Positions 9,448 through 17,467 of a DNA stretch of 39,374 nucleotides are shown one piece after another. The notes beneath the pieces were generated by a model. It saw only the letters and a list, made by a program, of their open reading frames with translations, ran no database searches and had not been told where the DNA came from. The stretch spans positions 1 through 39,374 of the IMG/VR virus record IMGVR_UViG_3300009181_000158. One strand, 5' to 3'. The stretch comes from a virus (lineage: Duplodnaviria > Caudoviricetes). The position numbers were made by a program, and so were the translations under genes. Position 1 is the first letter of the stretch. Each line of letters starts with the position of its first letter.

Positions 9448-9687
9448 CTACTTAGCACTATTGTGTCGTTCGTTGATGTAGTCTCTGATCATGATTGCAT
9501 TAGCAACCATTTCAATTTCATCTGCTCCATTGGGTTTTAGAAAGCGTGATTCGATACCAGACCGCATAGCAGTTTCGCATACTTCTGAATCTTGGCTGTC
9601 GCCATACATGGAAAGATGTTTCCACGCAGTGCCATAGCGTTCTAGGTATGCCTTCTTCTTTTCACTATACCATTCAGTTGGTGTCAT
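9448..9687 (-). CDS. hypothetical protein
   Basis: ORF track, start trimmed to MTPTEW. Confidence 0.55.
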   Translation of the reverse strand: MTPTEWYSEKKKAYLERYGTAWKHLSMYGDSQDSEVCETAMRSGIESRFLKPNGADEIEMVANAIMIRDYINERHNSAK

Positions 9688-9901
9688 AGTGCTTGCTTTC
9701 TGCATAGCCAAACAATACATTACCTGCATCTACAGGAAACCTGCTGCCCCAGTTGCTGATGTGTTCAATGTCTAGCTCTATGCTAGTACCACTGCACTGA
9801 CCAATATAGTAGACCGTGCCTTCGTGGGGATCATCCATGCAAACGATCCCCACGTTGCCGTGTCCCGCGCAGTACCATTTGACATCAACCAACTTCATCA
9901 A
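9674..9901 (-). CDS. hypothetical protein
   Basis: ORF track; overlap-coupled. Confidence 0.65.
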   Translation of the reverse strand: MMKLVDVKWYCAGHGNVGIVCMDDPHEGTVYYIGQCSGTSIELDIEHISNWGSRFPVDAGNVLFGYAESKHYDTN

Positions 9902-10338
9902 AAGTCGCCGGGTGCCACTTGCAGAACGCGAACGCCCTGCGCACGGATTGCATCAACAACTTGCTGGCGGTCATCAAGCCACAGCCAGGGATTACCATGC
10001 TGTGCACGGATTTGATCCAGCAGCTCGACCTTAACGATGCTGTCTTGCCTGTAGTCTTTAGCTGCTCGCATGTACAGCTGCTTGTAGGGCAGGTCGTTGT
10101 CTGCCAGCCAAGTTTCGGTCACACCGCGAGTTTCTTCGCCTCGACCGCTGCACAGCAGGATGGTATAATCCTTGTCAGCAAACATATCCATGAGGCTAGC
10201 AATGTCCTCATGCACAGTGTCCTGCGACATGCCAGCGTTAAACGCACGCCAGTTCTTGGGCTTAGTTGCAACCCAATGGCGCCGGTGCTCCATGTTAGCA
10301 ATAGTGCCGTCGATGTCAAAAACGATGATTTTGGTCAT
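9898..10338 (-). CDS. HAD-family 3'-phosphatase, like the phosphatase domain of T4 PseT polynucleotide kinase
   Basis: IVFDIDGT motif I, CSGR motif II, DSIVK, LDDRQQVV motif IV; no kinase domain. Confidence 0.85.
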   Translation of the reverse strand: MTKIIVFDIDGTIANMEHRRHWVATKPKNWRAFNAGMSQDTVHEDIASLMDMFADKDYTILLCSGRGEETRGVTETWLADNDLPYKQLYMRAAKDYRQDSIVKVELLDQIRAQHGNPWLWLDDRQQVVDAIRAQGVRVLQVAPGDF

Positions 10339-10357
10339 GATGTGCTCCCTTGTCCTC

Positions 10358-10385
10358 ACATTAGCATAAGTGTGCAGCTTGTCAA
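10358..10385 (-). promoter_or_regulatory. sigma70-type promoter
   Basis: GGTTGACA-N16 (ending TGC)-TAATGT. Confidence 0.75.
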
Positions 10386-10550
10386 CCATTAGTTTTGTTA
10401 CATTGCAACATCATTCGTGTGATTATTTGTGCTGCAAGATCTTGCTCTTTTGAGCCTTTGCTGTTAAATATAGCTAGTCATTAATGACAATTGGTTAACC
10501 GAGCTGGTCCGAGGATCCAAAATGGACCGCTACAACATGAAGGAACTACT

Positions 10551-11180
10551 ATGAAACTCATCACTACAACACTTGTTGCCTTGTTGGCAACAGCTTCGGT
10601 AGCATTTGCTGCTGATCTCCCAAGCAAGACTGCTGCTCCTGCAGTTGCAGCTGCTGCTCCTGCATCAGTTGATTCTATTAGCTTCAGCTATGGACAAGAC
10701 TTTGTGCTTGACAGCTTTGGCACCAAGGACAAGGACACGTTTGCTGCAAGCTACACTCACAAGTTTGACGGCGGATTCAGCGCAGGTGCTGCTATCAGCA
10801 CGTCGCAGTCAGAAGCTTCGCTGTTGAAGCAGAACATCGAAGTACAAGCTGGTTATGCAATGCCTGCGTTCTCAGGTGTTGCCCTGAGCGGTAAGGTTGG
10901 TATCGGTGAGCGTTTCACCACAGACAACTTCACATACTATGCAGTCTATGGCGCAGCTGACTACAAGGTCAACGACGACATTACGCTTAATGCACTTAGC
11001 TACCGCTATCGCAATGCGTTTGACACTGCAAACGACTACGAAAGCCACCAGCTTGCTACTGGCGTAACTTATGCGCTGAACAAGACCTACAGCGTATCTG
11101 CGAAGATTGCTCGTAACTACGATGCAGACTTCAACGAAACTGGTGACGCAGCTACTGTTGGATTGACCATCAAGTTCTAA
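10551..11180 (+). CDS. outer-membrane beta-barrel protein, alphaproteobacterial style
   Basis: Sec signal peptide MKLITTTLVALLATASVAFA, mature start ADLPSK, amphipathic beta strands, C-terminal VGLTIKF; GAAGGA SD; only convincing plus-strand gene. Confidence 0.85.
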   Translation: MKLITTTLVALLATASVAFAADLPSKTAAPAVAAAAPASVDSISFSYGQDFVLDSFGTKDKDTFAASYTHKFDGGFSAGAAISTSQSEASLLKQNIEVQAGYAMPAFSGVALSGKVGIGERFTTDNFTYYAVYGAADYKVNDDITLNALSYRYRNAFDTANDYESHQLATGVTYALNKTYSVSAKIARNYDADFNETGDAATVGLTIKF

Positions 11181-11200
11181 TAGAACTTAGCCTACGTATG

Positions 11201-11232
11201 AGAAACCCGGGAGAAATCCTGGGTTTTCTTTT
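11201..11232 (+). terminator. intrinsic terminator between convergent genes
   Basis: AAACCCGGGA-GAAA-TCCTGGGTTT followed by a T-rich tract. Confidence 0.8.
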
Positions 11233-11238
11233 GACCTA

Positions 11239-11490
11239 TCAACCAAATGTAAGTTGTAGTTCTATTTGCTGCTCTGGTGTTAGCTCAGCATAAAAGATAT
11301 TTACTATGTAATGACCAGATGCATCTTTATGACGCACGTTCTCCATGTTGAGAGTAAGATCGCGGTCTCGTAACCATGATTCTACAGCGTCTAGTTTGCA
11401 CAACTCTATCATATAATTGCGATAGTCTGCAGTGTTAACATCTTTCCACTGCTCAGAGACAATTAATTTTCTGGAGATTATCACTTTCAT
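11239..11490 (-). CDS. small hypothetical protein, possible distant member of the paralog family
   Basis: ORF track; ATGA overlap; ends QIELQLTFG. Confidence 0.6.
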   Translation of the reverse strand: MKVIISRKLIVSEQWKDVNTADYRNYMIELCKLDAVESWLRDRDLTLNMENVRHKDASGHYIVNIFYAELTPEQQIELQLTFG

Positions 11491-11999
11491 TTAGTGATAG
11501 ATGCTATGCAGTTCTGCACACCCTGTGCTTGATATATACAATCACTGAGAGCATTATGCGCCGATGATCTATCAACGGGACGTTGATCCCCAAGCACTGC
11601 AAACAACGTTCTGCTATCGCGCACTCGGCTGTAGCGCCACGGTACTGGCATTTCCATCTGAGTGTAGAGATTCTCCAGTATGATCATGTCAAAGGTTGGC
11701 CCTTGCGACCAAACTGTATCAGCCTCCAGCACAAATGCACTCAGTGCTGCAAGTGCATCTGCCAGCTTTACACGACCATATAGCTTAAATGCTTCGTCAC
11801 GTACCACAGCGTCCTGTGTCGCCCACCATGTCATGGTATCAGCATCCACAGATCGATTGAGAGCCTGTTGCTCTTCTATGTCTAAGTGCAGATACAGCGT
11901 GCTAGGCATGTGTCCTGGTACGTTAGGATCAAACTGCACAGCGCCGATCGTTAGCACAGTGCAATCAGCTTTGGTACCCATGGTCTCAATATCAATCAT
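11487..11999 (-). CDS. DEDDh 3'-5' exonuclease (DexA / RNase AS-like)
   Basis: MIDIET, GPTFD, VRDSRT, HNALSDC motifs. Confidence 0.85.
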   Translation of the reverse strand: MIDIETMGTKADCTVLTIGAVQFDPNVPGHMPSTLYLHLDIEEQQALNRSVDADTMTWWATQDAVVRDEAFKLYGRVKLADALAALSAFVLEADTVWSQGPTFDMIILENLYTQMEMPVPWRYSRVRDSRTLFAVLGDQRPVDRSSAHNALSDCIYQAQGVQNCIASITK

Positions 12000-12013
12000 T
12001 ACGCTTGGTATGC

Positions 12014-12427
12014 TTAACCTCCCAAGAAAACGGTTGTTAGGATCCGGTTCATGTTAGGATTCATCAACCAAACTGCACCAGCTACATGAGTCACTGCGAA
12101 ACGATCCATCTCTGGATACAGTTCACCGTCTTGCAAGAACTTGCTTTCACAGTGGCACAGTGCCGGGTCAGGCATGTTATCAACATAGCACCTAAACAGC
12201 GCTAGCTGCTTGGTAGGCTTGTAATCATACAGGCCAATATAAGTGAGGTCATCTTCCTTGACGCTGATACCAGTTTCTTCGCGCAGTTCCCTGATAGCAG
12301 TGTCTGCATAGGATTCGTCAGGGTCCTGTCGACCCTTGGGTATGTCCCATTGTAAGCTATTGGTTGGACGGCAGATCAATAGATCTGTGCCGTTTGTGAT
12401 CAGTATGCCGCATGTAGTTGTGATCAT
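12014..12427 (-). CDS. Nudix hydrolase (T4 NudE-like)
   Basis: Nudix box WDIPKGRQDPDESYADTAIRELREETGI, C-terminal PEMD; start from GGAGAGG SD. Confidence 0.88.
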   Translation of the reverse strand: MITTTCGILITNGTDLLICRPTNSLQWDIPKGRQDPDESYADTAIRELREETGISVKEDDLTYIGLYDYKPTKQLALFRCYVDNMPDPALCHCESKFLQDGELYPEMDRFAVTHVAGAVWLMNPNMNRILTTVFLGG

Positions 12428-12462
12428 CTTAGCCTCTCCCATCGAATACTTATTATTGGATC

Positions 12463-12729
12463 TTAGATCCAGTTGAGGTAGCACAACATAGCCGAACTGT
12501 TATCTGGCAGCGCAACATCTAGCATGTACTCTGCGTTTTCCACTCTCAGTGACTTGACTCTAAACACCCCGCCCCTATAGCCAGTAAGACCGTGGCTACT
12601 GTAGTCCTCCCAGCAGTTTGACCCACCGTGCTGCTCGTGCAACCAAGCTACTACTGCACTAGCTTTATATCTGTCCATCGGGCCCAGGCGCACTATGTTT
12701 CCGCTGGGCCAAGTGGCCATGTCAGTCAT
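12463..12729 (-). CDS. small protein of the dispersed paralog family
   Basis: VVAWLHEQHG...LPDNSSAMLCYLNWI. Confidence 0.65.
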   Translation of the reverse strand: MTDMATWPSGNIVRLGPMDRYKASAVVAWLHEQHGGSNCWEDYSSHGLTGYRGGVFRVKSLRVENAEYMLDVALPDNSSAMLCYLNWI

Positions 12730-12958
12730 GTTTTACGTTTCGACCTGCTGTGCGAATCGCAGCACGTTGCCCTGCAATCACCACAGCATGCAGCCAAATT
12801 ACCGACAGCCATGTGTAAAAATTGCTGGGTATGGCCAGCGCTGGGAATACGGTGTTCAGCGCCAAGATGGTGAAAAATGGGCTCATCATGCTCAGCAATA
12901 TGAAGATCAGCATCTTCGGCAATGCTGCACCATCGGGCGCTTGATTACGGTCAGTCAT
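12722..12958 (-). CDS. small membrane protein
   Basis: Hydrophobic; ILALNTVFPALAIPSNFYTWLSV. Confidence 0.7.
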   Translation of the reverse strand: MTDRNQAPDGAALPKMLIFILLSMMSPFFTILALNTVFPALAIPSNFYTWLSVIWLHAVVIAGQRAAIRTAGRNVKHD

Positions 12959-13103
12959 GTACAGATTCCTTGCCTAGTATCTCATTGATTCTTGCTTCTA
13001 GCACACCGATAGCAGTGTGTATATGCCCAGTGTCATGCGGCTGCAGCTTGGTCTTGAGTATAGCTATCTCTAGCTCTAGTGCTTTCACATGATCATGGTC
13101 CAA
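12951..13103 (-). CDS. small hypothetical protein, 50 aa, TTG start, not in ORF track
   Basis: MDHDHVKALELEIAILKTKLQPHDTGHIHTAIGVLEARINEILGKESVHD; AGGAG SD; fills the gap. Confidence 0.65.
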   Translation of the reverse strand: MDHDHVKALELEIAILKTKLQPHDTGHIHTAIGVLEARINEILGKESVHD

Positions 13104-13314
13104 TGTACGCTCCTGCTAACAAGAATTCTTCCATAGTAAAATGCTTCTCAGACAACACACCGTCGATCCAGTTTTGACCAGCACTCTGAGCATAGAGTTT
13201 GCTATGACCCGGGAATTCTCGGCGAGCAAACGGTACACCGTCCACAGTGAAATCCACTATGTAATAGCTGCCCTGTTCTGGTGTGCGCATTATTCTGAGA
13301 TCGTAGTCTTTCAT
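13093..13314 (-). CDS. hypothetical protein, probably leaderless
   Basis: Start MKDYDL lies 6 nt after the -10 hexamer. Confidence 0.7.
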   Translation of the reverse strand: MKDYDLRIMRTPEQGSYYIVDFTVDGVPFARREFPGHSKLYAQSAGQNWIDGVLSEKHFTMEEFLLAGAYIGP

Positions 13315-13320
13315 GCTATT

Positions 13321-13348
13321 AAGATAGCACAACGCACAAAAATGTCAA
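13321..13348 (-). promoter_or_regulatory. sigma70-type promoter
   Basis: GGTTGACA-N16 (ending TGC)-TATCTT; the -35 overlaps the upstream stop codon. Confidence 0.75.
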
Positions 13349-13983
13349 CCAACTCTGCGTATGGCAATGACCTTGCTAGCAGGAAAATAGCTGACTTTTA
13401 CAGCATTGCTTTGGTTGCCACCTAGCACGCCATAATACAGCCGACCATGCATGATAGTCGTGCCAACAAAGAACCCAACATGTGTCGGGCTGCGACCTCC
13501 CACACCCTTGAGAACTATTATATCGCCCCTGGCTGGTATCGTTACAGCAATGCCGTATTTGACAAAGCTGACAGATTCTATGCTGCCACTGTATGCATAT
13601 CCCAACTTAACCAGTACGGCATTAACAAATGCTGCACACCAGGGAGTTCGTCTTGGATTTATCTCTAGACCGAGCGTGTCGCTAAACAACTGTTCTAGTT
13701 TGTCGCGATCTTGCTTTTCAGTGAAACCTCGATACTGTTCTGCTAGATCGGCCACTGCGCCCATTGGGTCGTCGGTCTTGTCAACTTGGTACTTGGCTAA
13801 TACCAAGTCGTACCTTATTGAGTCACAGTCTGTATAGACCGTGGGGTGGCAAGATTTATTGTATTGATCGTGATACAACTCGGCGCGAACGTGAGGGTGC
13901 TCTGTGGCATGGGCCCCGTGGATGATCGCCGTAGCTGCCCAGATCAGCACCGAAAGCGGCGCCAACATAGGCCGAAAAGCCAT
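13345..13983 (-). CDS. TIGR02594-like NlpC/P60-CHAP cysteine peptidase with signal peptide; putative peptidoglycan hydrolase
   Basis: TPWCAAFVN, RGDIIVL, HVGFF, LGGNQS; N-terminal hydrophobic segment ending AHA. Confidence 0.8.
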   Translation of the reverse strand: MAFRPMLAPLSVLIWAATAIIHGAHATEHPHVRAELYHDQYNKSCHPTVYTDCDSIRYDLVLAKYQVDKTDDPMGAVADLAEQYRGFTEKQDRDKLEQLFSDTLGLEINPRRTPWCAAFVNAVLVKLGYAYSGSIESVSFVKYGIAVTIPARGDIIVLKGVGGRSPTHVGFFVGTTIMHGRLYYGVLGGNQSNAVKVSYFPASKVIAIRRVG

Positions 13984-14072
13984 CTATTCTCCTCAGTGTG
14001 GTGCAGGCTTCTGCACGCATGTTTAGAGCACTCCTTCCGAGATGCTATATTAATTTATCACTGCAGGCTCAG

Positions 14073-15017
14073 CTAGGTGCACTGTACAAGTATAACTCTG
14101 TGCCCTAGCTTGTGCATTTTGAAGCTGCCAATGCGCATCTCGTTGCGGCTATCGCTATTAGCATGCAGCAACCCATTAGAAAATTCTTCAATATGATCAG
14201 TGCTGTAACCATGTACACCGTTCTGTTCAAGCACATGCATCAAGAGGTTTTTCAATCTGGTGTTGCTAAGTGAGCACAGTGTTGGCCAATCTAATGTGCC
14301 ATCGGCTCTCGTGGCGGCAGCTTGGTCAATGTTTGCAAGATCGCGCATCAATTCCAAGCTTTCACCTAGGATGCTTGCAGTCTTGCTGATGTTTGCCACA
14401 GCTTGCGGGTTCCTAGCACGGATCTCTGGAATCACAGTGTTGCGCAACCAATTGCGGTCATACTTGGTATCGGCATTGCTGGGATCTGTGATGTAGGGTA
14501 CTTCGCACAGCTTTGCATAGGTTTCAATCTCTGCTCGGCTGCAATCCAACATAGGACGGCACATTAACACTGCGGGATCAAACCAAGCAGGGCTGTATTT
14601 TTCCATGCCTTTAAGGCCGCGAGCCCCTGCACCACGAAACAGCTTCATCAGCACAGTTTCAGCTTGATCATCTGCATGATGTGCTAACACGATAGCTTCT
14701 GGATTGAAACTACGAAAGGCATGGTATCGAGCAACTCTGGCACTGTTTTCTAGATTTTTGTCTGTATCAACAGTAACTACTGACACCGCATTACTGTGCA
14801 AGCCCATCCTATCGCATTGGTGTTGGGTAAAAACTGCCCAAGCGTCACTGTTAGCGTTCAAGCGATGATTGACAGTTACAACACTGATATCACAACGGAA
14901 TTTATTGAGATTCTGGCTGATAATGTACATAAGCAGCATGCTATCTACACCGCCGCTAACACCGATCACGGTCTTGCGTGTGCCAAGTTGTTCTGCTAGT
15001 TCATCTACATCAAACAT
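14073..15017 (-). CDS. tilS: tRNA(Ile)-lysidine synthetase
   Basis: PP-loop VSGGVDS, VNHRL, ARVARY, HHADDQAETVLMKLFRG, RPML, DPSN, RNWLR; lacks the distal C-terminal domain. Confidence 0.9.
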   Translation of the reverse strand: MFDVDELAEQLGTRKTVIGVSGGVDSMLLMYIISQNLNKFRCDISVVTVNHRLNANSDAWAVFTQHQCDRMGLHSNAVSVVTVDTDKNLENSARVARYHAFRSFNPEAIVLAHHADDQAETVLMKLFRGAGARGLKGMEKYSPAWFDPAVLMCRPMLDCSRAEIETYAKLCEVPYITDPSNADTKYDRNWLRNTVIPEIRARNPQAVANISKTASILGESLELMRDLANIDQAAATRADGTLDWPTLCSLSNTRLKNLLMHVLEQNGVHGYSTDHIEEFSNGLLHANSDSRNEMRIGSFKMHKLGHRVILVQCT

Positions 15018-15023
15018 GTGCTT

Positions 15024-15051
15024 ACAATAGCACAATGTGCTAGCATGTCAA
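15024..15051 (-). promoter_or_regulatory. sigma70-type promoter for tilS
   Basis: GGTTGACA-N16 (ending TGC)-TATTGT-N6-ATG. Confidence 0.75.
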
Positions 15052-15074
15052 CCAAAGATCTTAGATGATTGATC

Positions 15075-16253
15075 TCAATTTGAGAATATAGCGTTGTGTA
15101 TATTAGGTTCTATATCAGCAAAGCTTTCATTACGCAGCGTGTCTAGTTGCGCAATAATATCTTTTACAGATTCAAGGTCAAGATCAGCAGGGGTGTGTAA
15201 TTCATTTAATATCAATTTGGTAAGTTCTGTGATTTCTTGTTTTTGCTCTAATCCAGTAGTGTTGTATCCGGTCATATTAGATATCTGTGATATGAGATCT
15301 TGCTTGACTGTGTATGGCAGATTTCTCGGTGCAAGCTGCGGTCGATCAATTACTATCTGTCCAATGATAGAATACTTTGGTATATTTGATGTAACCCATC
15401 TAATAAATTCAGGAAAATGATGCACGTTTAACAGTGTCCAGCAACTTGCTACACAGATATAAGGCATAGGCCATGTGTCCTTGAGATCATGCCATGTACG
15501 CAGGTTTTTCTCTATGTCGGGCCAGTGTGCACCTGTGCGCTGATAATCGTTGACAGCACCTATGCCATCTATACTTGCATCTAATAAGAAAGCCCTACAA
15601 TCAGAAATCAAACTTAGAAGTGCATCTTCTATTGCAACGCTGGCGTTAGTTGTTATAGCCAAGTCTAAATCTTTTAATGATCCGCGATCGCGTTGTATCT
15701 TATTTAATACTGCTATTATGGTTTTTTGTTCTAATAGCGGTTCGCCGCCAACAAATCTTAAAAATTCTACATGGCTCATGTCCATTGTAAAGTCATCAAT
15801 GCTGCGGCGCATTAGCTTGCGATGACTTTTGCCTTTTAAGACAATTTCATCTTCTATCCATCTGCTACTATTACCGCTATTGCACATGCGGCATTTCATA
15901 TTGCAGAGATTACCAAGGTTCAATTCAATTGAGCGTAACAGAGCCGTAGCAGTGTTGTGATTGTGGAACAGCTGGTTGCTGTTATCTCTGGCACTGTTTA
16001 TACCAAGAGAAGATTTATAGTCACATCTTGAACACCCTGGATGCGATTTACCAGACAGCATAGTTTGCCTTAATGCTTCCATGTTTGGATGATTCAACGG
16101 ATCTGGGTATGTATCTACTATACCAAGATCCCAACTAGGCGCATTGCCATCTCTGAAATCGGGCCATTGGCAACAAGGTTTTACATTATTGCTCCACGAG
16201 GTATATGATAAACTCGTGAATGGGGCCATACAGAAATGATTTACGTTTGGCAT
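15075..16253 (-). CDS. radical SAM enzyme with N-terminal SPASM/twitch-like Cys cluster
   Basis: CNMKCRMC (CxxxCxxC), GGEP, TTN, SIDG; N-terminal C..PF...PCC...CSRC; start from TAATG overlap. Confidence 0.88.
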   Translation of the reverse strand: MPNVNHFCMAPFTSLSYTSWSNNVKPCCQWPDFRDGNAPSWDLGIVDTYPDPLNHPNMEALRQTMLSGKSHPGCSRCDYKSSLGINSARDNSNQLFHNHNTATALLRSIELNLGNLCNMKCRMCNSGNSSRWIEDEIVLKGKSHRKLMRRSIDDFTMDMSHVEFLRFVGGEPLLEQKTIIAVLNKIQRDRGSLKDLDLAITTNASVAIEDALLSLISDCRAFLLDASIDGIGAVNDYQRTGAHWPDIEKNLRTWHDLKDTWPMPYICVASCWTLLNVHHFPEFIRWVTSNIPKYSIIGQIVIDRPQLAPRNLPYTVKQDLISQISNMTGYNTTGLEQKQEITELTKLILNELHTPADLDLESVKDIIAQLDTLRNESFADIEPNIHNAIFSN

Positions 16254-16702
16254 TATCCAGCTTTTCTGCAACGCTCTTGGAATTCTTTGAGTCGCACAGC
16301 AGCGCGGTCGTTGCTGAGCAACATGTCTATGTTGAACGTTACTGGTTCTGGCATCTCTTCCAGGCTCTTCCACTGGAACTCAACATGCTCCCAGTTGAGC
16401 TTGGGTTCAAATTCTTCTGGTACACATACCACATAGTTGCGCATGACAAAGTGCGGTTGTTCTGTTGTAGTCTCGCTGAGCAATCTGATCGGAGCATCGC
16501 TGAGATCTCGTCCAATCTCTTCAACAATTTCCCTGTACAATGCCTGCTTATAGTTCTCGCCTGCATCTACATGGCCGCCGGCCACGTCCCACTGCAACGG
16601 ATGGCTGCAGAGTTCACTGCGCAAGATGAACAGGAACGTATCAGTTAACCTGCTCCAAATCAGTGCTTTGCTAGCACCATTGATCACTTCATCATATCTC
16701 AT
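16253..16702 (-). CDS. Nudix hydrolase
   Basis: WDVAGGHVDAGENYKQALYREIVEEIG Nudix box; EFEPKLNWEH. Confidence 0.88.
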   Translation of the reverse strand: MRYDEVINGASKALIWSRLTDTFLFILRSELCSHPLQWDVAGGHVDAGENYKQALYREIVEEIGRDLSDAPIRLLSETTTEQPHFVMRNYVVCVPEEFEPKLNWEHVEFQWKSLEEMPEPVTFNIDMLLSNDRAAVRLKEFQERCRKAG

Positions 16703-16705
16703 ATA

Positions 16706-17467
16706 CTAATTTATGCCATTTCGTACCGCAGCGTTCTGAGCAATAATGCCTTGCAGTAACTGATCATCTGGCAGCATGGCAGCTAGTGCGCCAATATCCT
16801 TGGGCAAGCACTTACCTCCAAACCCAAGGTACCCATCCGGTCCAGGTACCATGGTCTGCCCGGTGGCTATCCTCGGATCTAATCCAACTCCTGCTCGCAC
16901 GCTTGCCCAATCGGCACCAGTGGTTTGACATGCTTGATACAAGCTGTTAAACAACATGACTTTGGCAGCTAGAGCAGAGTTGATGCCAATCTTGATCATT
17001 GCAGCCGTCTTGATATCTGTGAGCGTCCAGCAGGCCGACTGTGCATGTTGCATGCCACACAACCATATGCGCCATTGATGCACGATCTCATTAGACCCTC
17101 CTAGCACTACCTGCGTTGGGTTAGCTGCATCTGCTGCTGCACGTGCCTCACGCAAGAATTCTGGCCAGTATACCAAATTGGCATTTATAGACAGCATGCT
17201 ATCAAATGCAGCAGGCATAGAAGTGCTGCGTACTGCCACAGGTCCTGCCCAACCTCTGCTGGCAAGATAGTTTAAGCACTCGTACACTGCAGAATGATCC
17301 AACCCATCTTTGTGATCGGGTGTGGGTACACAGATGATTGCGCGATCAACGGCCCGCAGGTCTACTTGATCGTAACCCTGGGCTGGATCGTACCATGCAA
17401 TATCACAGTTCAGTATACCAGCAGTGGCTTTTCCAACAAACCCTCGGCCAAATATCAATGTGCTCAT
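16706..17467 (-). CDS. UDP-glucose/GDP-mannose 6-dehydrogenase family, short form
   Basis: GRGFVG, ICVPTP, RST, PEFLRE, DPRI, catalytic GFGGKCLPKD; C-terminal UDP-binding domain absent. Confidence 0.85.
   Translation of the reverse strand: MSTLIFGRGFVGKATAGILNCDIAWYDPAQGYDQVDLRAVDRAIICVPTPDHKDGLDHSAVYECLNYLASRGWAGPVAVRSTSMPAAFDSMLSINANLVYWPEFLREARAAADAANPTQVVLGGSNEIVHQWRIWLCGMQHAQSACWTLTDIKTAAMIKIGINSALAAKVMLFNSLYQACQTTGADWASVRAGVGLDPRIATGQTMVPGPDGYLGFGGKCLPKDIGALAAMLPDDQLLQGIIAQNAAVRNGIN

Noticed and set aside
10464-10500. CtrA box upstream of the OMP gene
   Set aside because: TTAA half-sites are 13 and 10 nt apart, not TTAA-N7-TTAA.
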